From NCBI GenBank assembly GCA_004431415.1, contig QPMI01000607.1:12706-76705 (forward strand): a stretch of 64,000 nt of DNA. Reading direction: 5' to 3'. This stretch comes from Cyanophora paradoxa CCMP329 (Eukaryota; Plantae; Glaucophyta). Shown here piece by piece: positions 36,357-47,097 of this stretch (position 1 is its first letter; every line of letters starts with the position of its first letter). The notes beneath the pieces are model-generated. The model was given only the letters and a program-made list of their open reading frames with translations, was not told where the DNA came from and made no database searches. A program made the translations under genes and the position numbers.

Positions 36357-36655
36357 TGTCCGAAATTCCCACGACATATATACACCATATATACACGACA
36401 TATTTACACTATATATACCAAAACCTCCGTAATGCCGTTTGACCGAGAACAAAATGTTTGGAAAAAATAATAAATAATATTATTATATATACATATACAT
36501 ATATATAATCAAAAAATCGGAAAAAAACCCCTCGTTTTTCTACCGTATAAATGCGCCCGTAACATCGACTCTCATAGTCGGAGCATTTATATATACCAAA
36601 GGATAAATACGTATATATCGTGTTCTCAATGGATAACCTATGTAAAATACATCAT

Positions 36656-38074
36656 TTACCGAAAGTGGGAACCCCATAGCATATGATACATCCCAGAGTT
36701 ATTAGCATTATTTATATTCTCACATACAAACATTCTATTTACACCCTCATATTTGATAAATGACCATGTTATATCATCTTGCGATGTCGCAACATTGAAA
36801 GTCTTAATAAACGCAGTTGTTATACCTGAACCATATGCAATTATAGAAGCGACCTCAAATGTATATGGGAAGGCTATTTGCAAATATTCAGTAGGCGTTT
36901 CCCATACTCCGTTAATTGCGGATGCATTCGCTTCCCATCCAGTTAATGATGGGCGGGCTTTAAATGCCTCTTTTCCGAATTTTGCAGAAGAAGCGGTAAA
37001 CGCATTATCTGATAGAAGATACCAGTTAGCATCGATAGGAGGTATGTTATTAAGGGTGGATGATACATAGGATCTTACAGGGTTCTTAATCTCATAGTTT
37101 GTAACAAGTAACTCACAGAGTCGATCTATCATGGCGTCGTTTGCTTGTATATACGTTTCAGTCGCCGCGATCATGTCTGGAATCTTAGAAGTATCATCGA
37201 GGGAGTTTAAGATATCTTTCGGAAGCGGCACAGAGATACGGTAGTATCGCGCGTATCCTTGGTCATCATTATATGGTAAAAACTCTTGCATCTTTTCAAG
37301 AGCCGATAATTCACTTGCAGCCATTAGCATATTGATTAATGGACTCCCTGAGGTGGAAGCAATCCATGAAAGAATACCCCAGGTATTCACACTTTCGTAA
37401 GAGTAACCCACATTTGGTGCGTCGGTTTCGTTAACCTCACCACATGATATGCTAATAACTATAATATCGTCATCGTTATCATAAATCTTTTTTGCGTGAC
37501 TATAACCACAAACACTTGGGTTATTGTTACCTGATATAGCACCATCAATTAGACACATGCCGTTGTAATCGACAGGAGCAAAATATGTAGGAGCGGCGGA
37601 AGTAGAACGTGCCGCTATTTTACTTGGTATAGTCTTGTAATCATTATCATTTGCTATGAAAATTGGTTTCATGCTTACAGTGTCGAACGTCGTAATAACC
37701 ACATCTTTTAGTGAATCTTTTATGAGAGCTTCCCCAGTCACAGAGAAAATAGCGGTTTCTAATGGTGATACATCATATTTAGTATTGAAAAGTGCATTCT
37801 CTATGATATTCCGCGGATTCGCAAAGATGAGAGGAAGATGATATAGGTAAGTATTGTGAAGGTCGGTAGCTGTTAATTTAGGTTCATCGGGAAATTCGGG
37901 ATTTTTCACATTGAGACCGATAGCGATAATACCGCCTGTGGACGTTCCACTTACAAGATCGACCAAATCAATAACGCGTTTACCCGTTCTTGTTTCTATT
38001 TCTTTTAACAACCTTGTTATGATAATACCACGTGCGCCGCCGCCGGACAATGCTAAAACTACGCGTAAGGGCAT
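36656..38074 (-). CDS. Patatin-like phospholipase with a C-terminal F5/8 type C (discoidin)-like domain
   Basis: LSGGGARG, GTSTGG, TSAAPTYF, IDGA. The C-terminus has FTASS...AFKAR...W...EYLQI...F-x-V-x-x-S-x-D-x-x-x-W. Confidence 0.9.
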   Translation of the reverse strand: MPLRVVLALSGGGARGIIITRLLKEIETRTGKRVIDLVDLVSGTSTGGIIAIGLNVKNPEFPDEPKLTATDLHNTYLYHLPLIFANPRNIIENALFNTKYDVSPLETAIFSVTGEALIKDSLKDVVITTFDTVSMKPIFIANDNDYKTIPSKIAARSTSAAPTYFAPVDYNGMCLIDGAISGNNNPSVCGYSHAKKIYDNDDDIIVISISCGEVNETDAPNVGYSYESVNTWGILSWIASTSGSPLINMLMAASELSALEKMQEFLPYNDDQGYARYYRISVPLPKDILNSLDDTSKIPDMIAATETYIQANDAMIDRLCELLVTNYEIKNPVRSYVSSTLNNIPPIDANWYLLSDNAFTASSAKFGKEAFKARPSLTGWEANASAINGVWETPTEYLQIAFPYTFEVASIIAYGSGITTAFIKTFNVATSQDDITWSFIKYEGVNRMFVCENINNANNSGMYHMLWGSHFR

Positions 38075-38123
38075 CTTTACTTTATTGAAATTTAATAAAT
38101 CTCTATTATTAGAGTAACCAGGG

Positions 38124-41100
38124 ATGAGTTTCAATTATCCAGCAAATTTACAAACCATAACAGGTAGTGGTAAAGGAAACACTAAACATGTTAACTTTGA
38201 TAATATCACCATTAAAGGGTCGGCGTCAATTGATCAGAGCGCCGATAAACCCAGTAAGACGCATCCCAGAATTCATGCTTTAACAGTGAATCAAACAGAC
38301 CCAGAAAAAGAAGATGTAAGTATAGCTTTCAGTTTGGGGAATGTAAAAAAAAACGCGGTTGCGGAGATCAAGGCAACAAGAAGGAGACCACGGAAACTTA
38401 AAGCAAGTGGAACGCATCCCGATATTCCCACACGTTATGATAGCGGACGTTTGGTTTTTAATGTCCAGGATGAGAAGGGAGTTCATCGTAGCGGTTTGAG
38501 AATCTATAATGAAGGATCAAATGCGATTACACAAATCCCTCAGATATTACAGGTAGCCCCACATGGTGAAGAGAATCAGATTCGCTACACCAATAATATT
38601 TACCCACAGGACATTGTCACCAATTCAAACACTAATGCACTGTTTGGTTTCACTCTTCCACCGGATACTTCCAAAGAAAAAGATTCGATCACTGTCGACA
38701 GTAGTCCCAGTCAACCAGTAGCTATACATTTACATCCCGATCTTGTCGAAATGGATCGGCATTTACTACCTTTGGTAACCAATACGAAAGACCTTGGTAT
38801 TAGAACCCGACAATGGCGAAATATTCATGGTAGTAATGTTTATGCAAATGGGGAACGGCTCGTTAGTGAGAAAACCATAAGAGAGATCATAGAGCATTAC
38901 GGACCTACTCCGGTTCCCTTTCCACTTCCATGGGATCCACCAGATCTTACACCAAAGAAACAACCAGGAAGAGAATACACAGCGGATGAAACGGTTGCGT
39001 TTGGGCAGCATTTTGTTAGTTGGGAAAAAGTCCATAATAAACCAGTTTTTAAAGATTACAAACCGCCCGCTGAGGAACTCTTAGCACCAGATATTAATGT
39101 TATACCTCTCGAACATAAAGAATGTGAAGACGTGGAAGAATTGCCGGATGGATTTGATCCTAACCATATGTTATATGATCGTTACGAACCTTACGACGAA
39201 CAACTTTTACCACATGGATTAAATCCACCTAACATAGATTACGAACAGCCGCATATACCAGATGAAGAGTTATTACCAGATGGATTACAGCCGGGATTTT
39301 TCGATTTTACCGTAGATTGGAGGGATATTATTAACAAACCCGACACATTCCCACCAGATCCCCACGAACACGAATGGGAAGACATTTTAAACAAACCGGA
39401 AAGATTCCCACCGACAGAGCATAGGCACGATTGGGAAGATTTAGATAACATACCTACTGAATTTCCACCAGCAGATCATAGGCATAATTGGGACGAAATC
39501 GATGAGCAACCTACTTTCGCATCCGCAGGAAATGTATTAACAGATTTCCAACATGGCGTAAGTCTTTATAGAAATATTAACATAGAAGAAAGATTACAAT
39601 TAAATGACCACTACCTTAATCGCATGGGAATAGAGGCAGGCACAGGAATGGAAGCCGAATTATACATTAGACCACCCAGAAGAGAAGGCATTTTACCAAT
39701 TAGTGGTAATTTTGGTCTGTATGAGACGAAACCCGGAATTTATTTAACAAGCTACTATCCTGAGGATATCGAGATGACAAATGTATTACCTCCGCTACCG
39801 TCACTTCCATTAGATCCAAATAGTTGCGATAACAAAGACGCAGCAATACAAATTAATGTAACAGATGTTAGCGACTTTGACCAATCGAGACCCAAATTAG
39901 TATTTAGTCGGCAGCGTCTTTTACCTAATACTTTTATAGGAGATCGAGATGATTATAGAAGATGTGAGGTAGCATGGATAAAAACAAATTATAATGGCGG
40001 AGTTGGTGAAGGTTTATTAGAAATCAATCAAAGAGCAAGCGCCAAAAATATACACAATGAAGATATTTCAAGAGTGGTAACGGAAGATTATTTAGAAGAA
40101 CAGGGATACATTGATGAAGGCGAACTTACTAATATTCTTTCACTATTCGTGATAAAAAATGATACAAACCTTACAGTCACAAGTAACATTTATACAAGTA
40201 ACATTTCAGCAAGTAACATATGGGCAAGTAACATATGGACAAGTAACATATGGGCAAGTAATATTTATGGAAGTAACATTTACACCAGTAACCTTTGGGC
40301 AAGTAATCTTTATTCCAGCAACTTAGTCGTCGATTATTTGACTGTGAATATAGAAGCAAACCTACCACATCATCCCACTTCTAATGTTGTTTTAGATTGG
40401 ATAGCAAACCACACCCATACCAAAGATGAGATCGAGGATTTTGCCCATAGGCACATGTGGAGCGAAATAGATGACCAGCCTAAGTTTGCATCAGCAGGTG
40501 ATGTATTCGACACCACACATGGTGTTACTCTCTATCAAAGTAATACCATACCAGAGAGATTAAGATTAGATGAATATTATGTGAATCGAAAAGGAATAGA
40601 TGCAGGCACCACAATGGAAGGCGAATTATACATTAGACCCCCCACAAGAATGCAGATGATTGCAGCAGGCGGAAATTTCGGTTTGATGGACACCAAACCA
40701 GGTATCTATCTGACAAGCTACTATGCTGATGACATCCCAATGACAGATAGTTTAATATTATCGCTTCCATCTGATCCAGCAAACTATGATGACAAAGATG
40801 CAGCAATCCAAATTAATGTTACTGATGTAAGTGACTTAGATAGTTCAAGACCCAAATTAATATTCACCAGAGAGAGATTGTTACCAAATGCTCTTATTGG
40901 AAATCGAGATGACTACAAGAGATGCGAGATATCATGGATAAAAACAAATTATAATGATGGAGTTGGTGAGGGTCTCTTAGAAATCAATCAGAGAGCCTCA
41001 GCGAAAAACATCCACAATGAAACAATTTCAAGAATTGTTACAGAAGATTACCTACAAGCCCAGAACTACATAGATGAAACAGAACTTGATACAATCATTG

Positions 41101-42314
41101 CAGGTATAAATATTGGTGTAACAGGTGATTACCTTCCGCTAACAGGTGGGATTATTGATGGAACAGTAACGGCATGTAACTTTTTTGTCCATACTGAATG
41201 TAATCAAACCTTCCCTGTGGTTCATCCAGGAGGTGAGTATGTGATACCTGACGATCCAGCTATTATGCCTATAAAGATTGATCTACCATCTGATTATGTA
41301 GGAAGGGGAGAGCTAAAAACCATTTCTTTCACAGGAGACTACAATGATCTAATTAATAAACCCACCGCAGCAAATCTACATCCTGTTGCATTTTCAGGTA
41401 GTTTCCTCGACCTTAATAATAGATCACACACCCATACAAAGGCAGAAATCACAGATTTTGCACACACTCACACCAAATCCCAAATCACAGATTTTGCACA
41501 CACCCATACCCGAGCAGATATTACTAATTTCGCTCACACTCATGTTAAATCAGAGATATTAGATCTCGGAAATGTTGCTTATGTAGGTCACACCCACACT
41601 AAGGCAGAGATTACAGATCTTGGAAATGTTGCGTATGTAGGTCACACCCACACAAAGGCAGAGATTACAGATTTTGCACACACTCATGATTGGAATACAG
41701 ATATTTATAACAAACCAGCGATTTTTTCGGGCAACTACAATGACCTGACCAATAAACCAACTCTTGATCCATTCACAGCTACCACCATCAGAGCGAACAA
41801 CACAATGTATGTAGGATCAGGTCAGATTGTAGAACCAGCAGGACCTATGTTTGAAGAAACATGGTTCTTCCACAATTCGCAAAATTACTTTGATAAGACC
41901 TTACTTGTTCGTGGAAATGCCTATGCAAGAAACTTTTATGCTATGAACCCTTCAAATAATCAGACTATCAGTAGATGCATTACAGAAGCGGATCTATCCA
42001 GTCAACTCAATGCGTATTTTAATGGGAAAATAAAAGCAGGAAAGTATGTTTACACTACTCCTGTTTTGAACTACAATAATTTATATGTGTTCAATCTTAC
42101 CATCTATTTCAGTAGTGCCTTTGCTTCTCCTCCTGTTGTGACAGCAACAGTAAGGCATGAAGGACAGGCAAATGCTACAACACCAGTCATATTTACTGTG
42201 AACCTGTTAAATGTTTACAGTGACTATTTCACATGTGAACTTTTCACTGATCCATATGCAATGGACAATACAGCCAAAACTGTAACAATCCATTACATTG
42301 CTGTCGCAATTTAA
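38124..42314 (+). CDS. Large tail-fibre/adhesin-like virion protein (1396 aa)
   Basis: HTHTKAEITDF and HxHxWxDIxNKP phage-tail repeats, SNIWA pentapeptide run, a duplicated ~210-aa domain, and a C-terminal FSSAFASPPVV...IHYIAV lectin-like module. Confidence 0.72.
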   Translation: MSFNYPANLQTITGSGKGNTKHVNFDNITIKGSASIDQSADKPSKTHPRIHALTVNQTDPEKEDVSIAFSLGNVKKNAVAEIKATRRRPRKLKASGTHPDIPTRYDSGRLVFNVQDEKGVHRSGLRIYNEGSNAITQIPQILQVAPHGEENQIRYTNNIYPQDIVTNSNTNALFGFTLPPDTSKEKDSITVDSSPSQPVAIHLHPDLVEMDRHLLPLVTNTKDLGIRTRQWRNIHGSNVYANGERLVSEKTIREIIEHYGPTPVPFPLPWDPPDLTPKKQPGREYTADETVAFGQHFVSWEKVHNKPVFKDYKPPAEELLAPDINVIPLEHKECEDVEELPDGFDPNHMLYDRYEPYDEQLLPHGLNPPNIDYEQPHIPDEELLPDGLQPGFFDFTVDWRDIINKPDTFPPDPHEHEWEDILNKPERFPPTEHRHDWEDLDNIPTEFPPADHRHNWDEIDEQPTFASAGNVLTDFQHGVSLYRNINIEERLQLNDHYLNRMGIEAGTGMEAELYIRPPRREGILPISGNFGLYETKPGIYLTSYYPEDIEMTNVLPPLPSLPLDPNSCDNKDAAIQINVTDVSDFDQSRPKLVFSRQRLLPNTFIGDRDDYRRCEVAWIKTNYNGGVGEGLLEINQRASAKNIHNEDISRVVTEDYLEEQGYIDEGELTNILSLFVIKNDTNLTVTSNIYTSNISASNIWASNIWTSNIWASNIYGSNIYTSNLWASNLYSSNLVVDYLTVNIEANLPHHPTSNVVLDWIANHTHTKDEIEDFAHRHMWSEIDDQPKFASAGDVFDTTHGVTLYQSNTIPERLRLDEYYVNRKGIDAGTTMEGELYIRPPTRMQMIAAGGNFGLMDTKPGIYLTSYYADDIPMTDSLILSLPSDPANYDDKDAAIQINVTDVSDLDSSRPKLIFTRERLLPNALIGNRDDYKRCEISWIKTNYNDGVGEGLLEINQRASAKNIHNETISRIVTEDYLQAQNYIDETELDTIIAGINIGVTGDYLPLTGGIIDGTVTACNFFVHTECNQTFPVVHPGGEYVIPDDPAIMPIKIDLPSDYVGRGELKTISFTGDYNDLINKPTAANLHPVAFSGSFLDLNNRSHTHTKAEITDFAHTHTKSQITDFAHTHTRADITNFAHTHVKSEILDLGNVAYVGHTHTKAEITDLGNVAYVGHTHTKAEITDFAHTHDWNTDIYNKPAIFSGNYNDLTNKPTLDPFTATTIRANNTMYVGSGQIVEPAGPMFEETWFFHNSQNYFDKTLLVRGNAYARNFYAMNPSNNQTISRCITEADLSSQLNAYFNGKIKAGKYVYTTPVLNYNNLYVFNLTIYFSSAFASPPVVTATVRHEGQANATTPVIFTVNLLNVYSDYFTCELFTDPYAMDNTAKTVTIHYIAVAI

Positions 42315-42333
42315 CTATTTCGTAATTATAAAG

Positions 42334-43403
42334 ATGACCTCTCTATTAGAAATCCCAAACTATGAACTCGCCGCAAAATCACTTCACAGCACCTCTCATG
42401 GAGTAGTTGATTCAACCCCTGGGTATATTTCCACAGAAACTTCAAGCAATACCTCTTTCACAGAGAATAGTATACTCAGAGTCAAAGAAATTCGATGTGA
42501 TCGAAATGGAGGCAAGATTAGAACCACAGGCATTATAATCTCGAATAAAAATCAAGTTCAAGCAGGGCAGGTAGTCCCCGATTCAGCAATATATGATAAT
42601 GTGGGTGGATTCACCACAGCAAAGATAGTTACTTTTGATAACACAAGTAATAACTCGGCTCTTGTGGTCAAGAGTGGAGGGGCATACATTGGTGATGGAG
42701 CAATTGTGGTGGCGACTGTCATAGCAAATCAATTTAATGTGAATGGAACAAGTTCATTTACAGGATTGATGACCTTCAATGGTGGACTCTCGGGAACTGT
42801 TAGCGTTGAAACTCGAAAAGCAACCACAAGAGTTCAAACACCTGAGATAGACAATGGGACAAATGTGAATATGAATTACAAACGAAACGGAAATACCATT
42901 TTCACTCTCGAAAAGACAATAACAGATCTGAATGTAATCACAATCCCGGAAAATAGTGGTCTGAAACGAACCTATTGCCCAAGAATGAATATATCAAGAC
43001 AAGCTCCTAGTTTGACAGGGACAGTAATACTTAACAATGCAACAGCATTTTCCTTTACAGGTGGAGCTTATCTTGTAAACAATGAAGGAAACTTTTCATC
43101 CACAAAATTTACAGCTCCTGTTTCCGGAGTATATAGGGTGTTCTTTGCATGCATGAGAGCTGGCACAACCTCTTATACTCATATTGCTACCAGCATTTAT
43201 TTAAATGGAAATCCTACAACCCTCCAAACAAGGGTTTCAATGCCGTCCGCGGGATTTCTAATACATTTGTAACTCCAATTTCATTTGAAGTTTTACTTTC
43301 TCTTATTCAAGGTGACTCCTTTGATATGCGCAATAGTTCTGGTGCCACTCTTCAATTTGATATCAGATACTATCTTTCTTGTGATCTTGTTAGTGCTACA
43401 TAA
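42334..43403 (+). CDS. Fibre paralog 1: shared N-terminal domain plus C1q-like head (frameshift at about 43250)
   Basis: STE...F-x-x-NS-x-LRVKEIRCDRNGG and SGGAYIGDG; C1q-like FTAPVSGVYRVFF. Confidence 0.65.
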
Positions 43404-43425
43404 TATTATCTGTATAGTATAAAGA

Positions 43426-44444
43426 ATGTCTACACAAATTGCTGTTCCTGTTTTCTGTTATGCCGCCCCAAAAATACATCAACTGAACCATACAGTAACA
43501 GATGCAACACCTGGGTTTATTTGCACAGAAACAACAGGGGCTGATTCGTTTTCACAGAACTCTGTGATTAGATGTAAAGAAATTCGATGTGATCGCAATG
43601 GGGAAAAGTGAGAACCACAGGTCTCATTGTATCTAACAAGAACCAAGTCCAATCAGGTCAAATTGTTTCAGATACAGCAATTTATGACAATGTGGGAGGG
43701 TTCACCACACCCAAAATAGTTACTTTTGATAATACAATTAATAATGCTGCTCTTTCAGTTAGAAGTGGAGGGGCATATATTGGAGATGGGGCAAGGATTG
43801 ATGGAACTCTAACAGCCAATCAAGTGAACATTACAGGAACAAGCACATTTACAGGTTCAGTAACAGCCCATGGAGGCATAAGTATTCCAGAAACAACACA
43901 ATCGATAATAACAGCAACTTCCAAGGTGGTTACACCTGAGATCGATACAGGAGCAAATGTGAATCTTGTTTTGAAACGCAACAGTGATATTGTGGCTACT
44001 CTGGAAACCAATCGCTTGACAATTAATACAAATTGTTATTTAAAATATGACTATCAGCCTCGATTTTCTGTTCAACTTAATTATCCTCATGTTGCTACCA
44101 GTGAAACTGCACTTATCAATTGGGAGTAGTGTTTCTGAATAATAGGGATGGATTCAATGTGACTAATGGAAGGTTCACAGCTCCTGTTGCGGGTCATTAC
44201 AGATTTACAGCATATACCCACTCAACATCAAGTAATCCAATAAGTCTCTCTTTAAAAGTAAATGACCAAGACCCAGGGGTCAAAGTATTATAACACAAAA
44301 TAACTCCACTCTCACGAATAAACCGCTTTACATTAGTGTAATTCTCAACATTGCTATGGGTGAGTATGTAACACTTGTAACAAATAATGGGGTAGCTACA
44401 CAAATCGAACAACATTCACAGGTGAGCTTCTCAGTCTCACATAA
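43426..44444 (+). CDS. Fibre paralog 2: shared N-terminal domain plus C1q-like head (several frameshifts)
   Basis: Highly similar to paralog 1 at the N-terminus. Downstream frames give GRFTAPVAGHYRF and end TFTGELLSLT-stop. Confidence 0.65.
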
Positions 44445-44465
44445 TTTTCTCTCTATAAAATAGGA

Positions 44466-44732
44466 ATGTCGAATATATACCAAGTGGCTCTCTCAGATAT
44501 TGAAAAGTTGGGAATGGAATATTGCGCTGCTTCTGTTCAGGATTGGATTGATAATGTTGTTCATAACAGGGCAAGAATCGCAATCGATGATATTGTTCAA
44601 AAAGAAATTCAATCTTGCATCTCATCAGGAGTTCAGATACCAACCTCTAAGGAAGCGATTGTATTACAGGCATTCCAAAGGGGAACTGTAAAGAAAGGCA
44701 TCGAGTATAACAATGTCACAGAAGAGCAATGA
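44466..44732 (+). CDS. Small phage-like protein (EYCAASVQDWIDNVVHNRARIAIDDI)
   Basis: Clean 88-aa ORF. From memory, it resembles the small proteins that follow C1q-type fibre genes in marine tailed phages. Confidence 0.6.
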   Translation: MSNIYQVALSDIEKLGMEYCAASVQDWIDNVVHNRARIAIDDIVQKEIQSCISSGVQIPTSKEAIVLQAFQRGTVKKGIEYNNVTEEQ

Positions 44733-44767
44733 ACATTATTTTTCTTTCCTTCTTAGTAAAAGAAGCA

Positions 44768-45609
44768 ATGGGTGAATATAATCGTGTGCAATTACCTGTT
44801 TACGCATTGGGATCGCCCGCGGTTCACTTTCGACAACATGAGGTAGCCGACGAAATCCGCGGTGTGGAATCGACGGAACGCGCTAATTCCGCGAATGCAT
44901 TCGATAAAAACAGCATGATACGTGTTAAAGAACTACGAGCCGACAAGAATTCGGGAGTGGTTAAAACGACTCAACTTCTTGTAACAAATGCGAATTTTAA
45001 CGCGGGTATTGGGCAACCTGACGCATGGGTGTGGATATTAGAACGTTAGATTTTGACGGAGAACGTGCCGCCGCTGTTGTCCGATCAGGAGGCGCTGTTA
45101 TTGGCGGCGGTTGTCGTGTGTCGGGTATGCTTGCATCCTCCGTTGCCGTTACCGATATTCCCGATACTCTACCTGAGCATGCGGACAATCCGCAACGTAT
45201 CCGTATGTATACTCCGTGTGGAGACTATCCGTATGTGTTTGGAATGGTCAGAGTTGGGGTAGATAACGTAAATGCAACACAACCCGATGGAATTATGGGA
45301 AATTGGTTACTACCAAATATTGCTATTCCTAAATCTATTGAGTCTATATGTCGTTCACAAAATGGTATTATCGGACCGGCTTATACTTTCTTTGTTCAGG
45401 GAATCGGACGCGGTAGAGGTTGGGTGGAATTTGATAACCAGAACCCCGCAACGTTCAATGTTTGGACAACAGAAGTAGGAGGTTACGATATTCTCATTTT
45501 CGGAATGCGAACAGATCCAGCGGCTGTGGCGGCTACACGTGGTCTCAATCCCGATAACAACCTAAATAACTTCTACGATGATCCGTTCCCAGGTGATCCC
45601 ACACCATAA
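44768..45609 (+). CDS. Fibre paralog 3 (frameshift at about 45025)
   Basis: VESTE...FDKNSMIRVKELRADKNSG and RSGGAVIGGG, followed by a different C-terminal domain ending GMRTD. Confidence 0.62.
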
Positions 45610-45628
45610 TTATGTTTTAATATATTAA

Positions 45629-46474
45629 ATGGCGGCACCCGCACCTCCTGAGCGTATTTTAACAGCGCAACTTTCATTAGCCGCGCCGGCAAATCACGTA
45701 TTACAACATGCCGTTATCGATAATGTCGATGGTTTAGAATCTACCGAACTTGCACCTACTCTTAATACTTTTGGTGATACACACAAATTGCGACTGAAAG
45801 AGTTAAGATGTGATAAAAACAATGGCATCGTGAAAACTACGAAACTCCTTGTAACAAATGCAAACTTTAACGCTTTTTATGGAGATCCCGATAGTTACAA
45901 TGATGATAACAAGGTAACAAACTTTGCTTATGAATCGAGAAACGGAGCAATTAAATGTAGATCGGGAGGCGCTTACATTGGTGATGGTCTCCGAGTTGGT
46001 GGTATCGTGGGAGCGCCTCTTTTGGTTAATGATCAGCCAAACCCCGATGATGAGAACACACGAATTAGGACATATTGCCCAGGTATGAATGAGCCTTACC
46101 TTATTAAGATTTATACGATTATTATTAGTTTACAAACAGCGGTAGCCGATGTATTAGAACCCTTAGGAAATCATTATAGATATAGAGACACGATACCAGA
46201 GGACATTTACGCATTATGTAGAAGAACCGACGGAGCAAGACCACGCCTTACGATACATATTATCCCCATAGATAATTTCGGTCAGGCGTTCCACTCAATA
46301 CCTCTTTTAGATACGCAAGATAACCAATTTATAATAAGAGCTACACAACTCGGAAATTATAGAGTTATTATGTATGCCGAAAGAAACGACGCAATCGCAA
46401 CAGCTAACCGATTCGGTCAATATCTAAACACCAATCTATACAATCCCGTCGGCGGTAGCGATCCGCTACCATAA
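45629..46474 (+). CDS. Fibre paralog 4
   Basis: LESTE...LRLKELRCDKNNG and RSGGAYIGDG. The C-terminal domain is related to that of paralog 3 (RIRTY..PY...AERND). Confidence 0.65.
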   Translation: MAAPAPPERILTAQLSLAAPANHVLQHAVIDNVDGLESTELAPTLNTFGDTHKLRLKELRCDKNNGIVKTTKLLVTNANFNAFYGDPDSYNDDNKVTNFAYESRNGAIKCRSGGAYIGDGLRVGGIVGAPLLVNDQPNPDDENTRIRTYCPGMNEPYLIKIYTIIISLQTAVADVLEPLGNHYRYRDTIPEDIYALCRRTDGARPRLTIHIIPIDNFGQAFHSIPLLDTQDNQFIIRATQLGNYRVIMYAERNDAIATANRFGQYLNTNLYNPVGGSDPLP

Positions 46475-46494
46475 ATCTAAGGTATATATAGGGA

Positions 46495-46767
46495 ATGGAT
46501 GAAAAAACAAGAAAGTTTATAGATACCGCTATGTCAGTCCATGGTAAGGATAAATTTGATTATACCGACACTGTTTATAAGAAAGCACAAGAAAAGGTAT
46601 CTGTGAGATGCCTACAATGTAATAAAACGTTCCAAACCTACGGATTTAACCATATTAAGGGGTCAGGTTGCCGACAGTGTTCTAAGAAACACTCTCACGC
46701 ATACAGAAAAAGGACAACATGGGGAATAGTCATAGAAGAGAAACCCATTATGTTGTATTTTGATTAA
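46495..46767 (+). CDS. Small zinc-ribbon protein (DUF723-like repeat of viral endonucleases)
   Basis: F...A...HG-x-x-x-FDY...Y...KV-x-V-x-C-x-x-C...F...H-x-x-G-x-GC-x-x-C. Confidence 0.7.
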   Translation: MDEKTRKFIDTAMSVHGKDKFDYTDTVYKKAQEKVSVRCLQCNKTFQTYGFNHIKGSGCRQCSKKHSHAYRKRTTWGIVIEEKPIMLYFD

Positions 46768-47097
46768 ATTTTAGACATACAAATAAGAATTTTTCCACAT
46801 TTACCTTTGGTGATTATACGAGTATCAAAGCAATTCGGACACGTCTTATGATAATGGATCATTATGATATCGACAAGTTCATACGGGAATACTTTCGCTA
46901 AGATGGTGCGCATCCTACTTAATCTCTGATATATTTATAATGGACGACCCAGTATGGAAAGAGAACCCCATACCTAATTTCTACGAAATTGACCCAAAAG
47001 ATCCATTTCAAAAATGTATATGGTTATTACATATCCTCCGAGGTATATTACTTTTAGGAGACCGAAAAAATAAAAAGAGAAGTATAGATACAGTGTA

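Noticed and set aside
36109-36452. ORFs with (RTMGDGF)n repeats
   Set aside because: They are translations of a 21-bp tandem repeat in an intergenic region.
39480-41090. Diversity-generating retroelement template/variable repeat pair
   Set aside because: The two copies differ at all base types, both are in-frame coding, and the only RT in the window is LINE-type.
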